Assembly (NCBI GenBank): GCA_017483125.1
Contig: JAFULU010000128.1
Coordinates: 1-44,752, forward strand
Direction: 5' to 3'
Source: Clostridia bacterium
GTDB taxonomy: Bacteria; Bacillota; Clostridia; Oscillospirales; CAG-272
DNA: 44,752 nucleotides
Positions 43,446-44,752 of the stretch are shown here, piece by piece. The position numbers were made by a program, and so were the translations under genes. The stretch's first letter is position 1; every line of letters begins with the position of its first letter. Under the pieces are notes generated by a model. The model saw only the letters and a list, made by a program, of their open reading frames with translations, was not told the DNA's origin and searched no databases.

Positions 43446-43448
43446 AAT
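43420..43448 (+). promoter_or_regulatory. Perfect SigA promoter (antitoxin sRNA)
   Basis: TTGACA - 17 nt - TATAAT with no convincing downstream ORF before a terminator. Confidence 0.85.
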
Positions 43449-43454
43449 AAGGGT

Positions 43455-43545
43455 ACGAAGGGGCCGTCGATGACGGTTGCTTCCTAAGCAAGAAAAGAGA
43501 TAATCACCTTAACTTGGAAGGAGCGGGCGGTTATCTCTTTTTATT
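43455..43545 (+). ncRNA. Putative type I antitoxin sRNA (about 90 nt)
   Basis: Starts at the perfect promoter and ends in hairpin AAAAGAGATAATCACC / GGCGGTTATCTCTTTT plus T run; antisense to the toxin 3' end and 3' UTR. Confidence 0.7.
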
Positions 43546-43629
43546 ATCATGACGAATAACGACAATGATCAAGGTAATGATATCGACGATCAACGCGCAA
43601 AGCGTAAAAAGTTCGATCCATGAAACCAT
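43531..43629 (-). CDS. Putative type I toxin (holin-like single-TM peptide, 32 aa)
   Basis: MVSWIELFTLCALIVDIITLIIVVIRHDNKKR; strong AGAGGAGGTG RBS; hydrophobic core with basic C-terminus. Confidence 0.75.
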   Translation of the reverse strand: MVSWIELFTLCALIVDIITLIIVVIRHDNKKR

Positions 43630-43788
43630 GAGCCTCACCTCCTCTGCGGAACGGATGTACACACCGAGGAAGGAGCATAAAAAGAATTTCACTTCCCCGA
43701 TGGAGAGGAAGCAACCGCGCACCGCGGATCAACAACAGTTGGACTGAAAGTAGATCGACAAGCCCCTAAGGGTCCTAAGACCGCCTAT

Positions 43789-43817
43789 ATTCTACCACAG
43801 ATCCCCCAATATGTCAA
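43789..43817 (-). promoter_or_regulatory. SigA promoter of toxin gene
   Basis: Minus strand TTGACA - 17 nt - TAGAAT with extended TG; gives an approx. 150-nt 5' UTR. Confidence 0.75.
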
Positions 43818-43867
43818 GATGTTCGGGAAAAGTCCTCCATCCAACCAAAATTTTGTATGCCCCACCA

Positions 43868-43896
43868 TTGACATCCGCCCCATTTTCGGCTATAAT
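43868..43896 (+). promoter_or_regulatory. SigA promoter of prfC
   Basis: TTGACA - 17 nt - TATAAT. Confidence 0.85.
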
Positions 43897-43948
43897 AAAT
43901 GAGATTGATACTTGTATTGAGACATACCGAATATTGCGAGCTCCCATG

Positions 43949-43996
43949 CAAGGCTCTCCCTCCGGGAGAGCTCCCGCCAAGGGCGGGTGAGAGGGC
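43949..43996 (+). repeat. Solo REP, same class as element B right arm
   Basis: CAAGGCTCTCCCTCCGGGAGAGCTCCCGCCAAGGGCGGGTGAG closely matches 27487-27530; lies in the prfC 5' UTR. Confidence 0.75.
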
Positions 43997-44020
43997 ATAG
44001 AAAGAAAGGAAACCACCCAC

Positions 44021-44752
44021 ATGGCAGACTTCAAGCAGGAGATCGAGCGTCGTCGGACGTTCGCCATCATTTCCCACCCCGACGCGGGTAAGACCACCCT
44101 TACTGAGAAATTCCTCCTTTACGGCGGCGCCATTCAGAGTGCCGGCACGGTGAAGGGCAAGGCATCAGACCGCCACGCCGTATCCGACTGGATGGAGCTT
44201 GAAAAGCAGAGGGGTATCTCGGTGACCTCCTCGGTTCTGCAGTTTGAATACGACGGCTACTGCATCAACATCCGGGACACCCCCGGTCACCAGGACTTCT
44301 CGTAGGATACCGACCGCACCCTCATGGCCGCCGACAGCGCGGTCATGGTCATCGACGGCGCCAAGGGTATCGAGCCCCAGACCCGCAAGCTCTTCAAAAT
44401 ATGCGCCATGCGCCATATTCCCATCTTCACCTTTATCAATAAACTCGACCGCGAGGCCCGCAGTCCCTTTGAGCTTATCGAGGAGCTGGAGAAGGAGTTC
44501 GGTATCGGCACCTATCCCATGAACTGGCCCATTGGCTGCGGTATCGACTTCAAGGGCGTTTACGACCGTGAGAAAAAGGCCATTCTCGCTTTCAACGAGT
44601 TCCACCGCGGCCAGAACCGTATTCAGGCCATTGAGTGCGACCTGAACGACGCGGAAGCAGTGGACGACCTTATCGGCGAGAACCTGCGCAAAACTCTGGT
44701 AGACGATGTTGAGCTGCTGGACGGCGCAAGCTACGAGTTCGATCTGGACGAG
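44021..44752 (+). CDS. prfC: Peptide chain release factor 3 (partial; in-frame TAG at 44303-44305)
   Basis: [60 protein letters not shown]; frame stays open after the TAG to the window end. Confidence 0.93.

Overview
High-GC Clostridia-type (Firmicutes; Oscillospiraceae/Ruminococcaceae-like) chromosomal segment made mostly of housekeeping genes. In order it holds a his operon (yerC/hisR-hisZ-hisG-hisD, minus strand), a large beta-helix (GH110-like) lipoprotein, an ECF sigma/anti-sigma pair, asnS, a PstS-like binding protein, two YcxB-like paralogs and VTC/DUF4956 genes. These are followed by two polysaccharide deacetylases, cdaA with a mini-CdaR, an FAD oxidoreductase, recJ-rel-dtd-hemZ-nucleoside kinase, MurJ/SpoVB-mazG-two M16 peptidases-lgt-folD, dnaE, an XRE regulator, a type I toxin-antitoxin locus and a partial prfC with an in-frame TAG. 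I saw no rRNA, tRNA, CRISPR, integrase, transposase or reverse transcriptase. The most unusual signals are intergenic. (1) Three cassettes are bracketed by inverted heptamer tandem arrays: one carries a four-helix-bundle gene inside the his operon, one carries two YcxB-like genes and one is empty; two of them share an identically spaced CTTTCGC-N4-GCGAAAG hairpin. (2) A modular MITE/REPIN-like family has shared outer termini but different inner REP doublets, and two of its three copies start on the upstream TAA stop. Other notable items are a 4x16-aa YNPY repeat in DnaE and a fully resolvable convergent type I TA architecture. All family names come from my own motif recognition, not from database searches.
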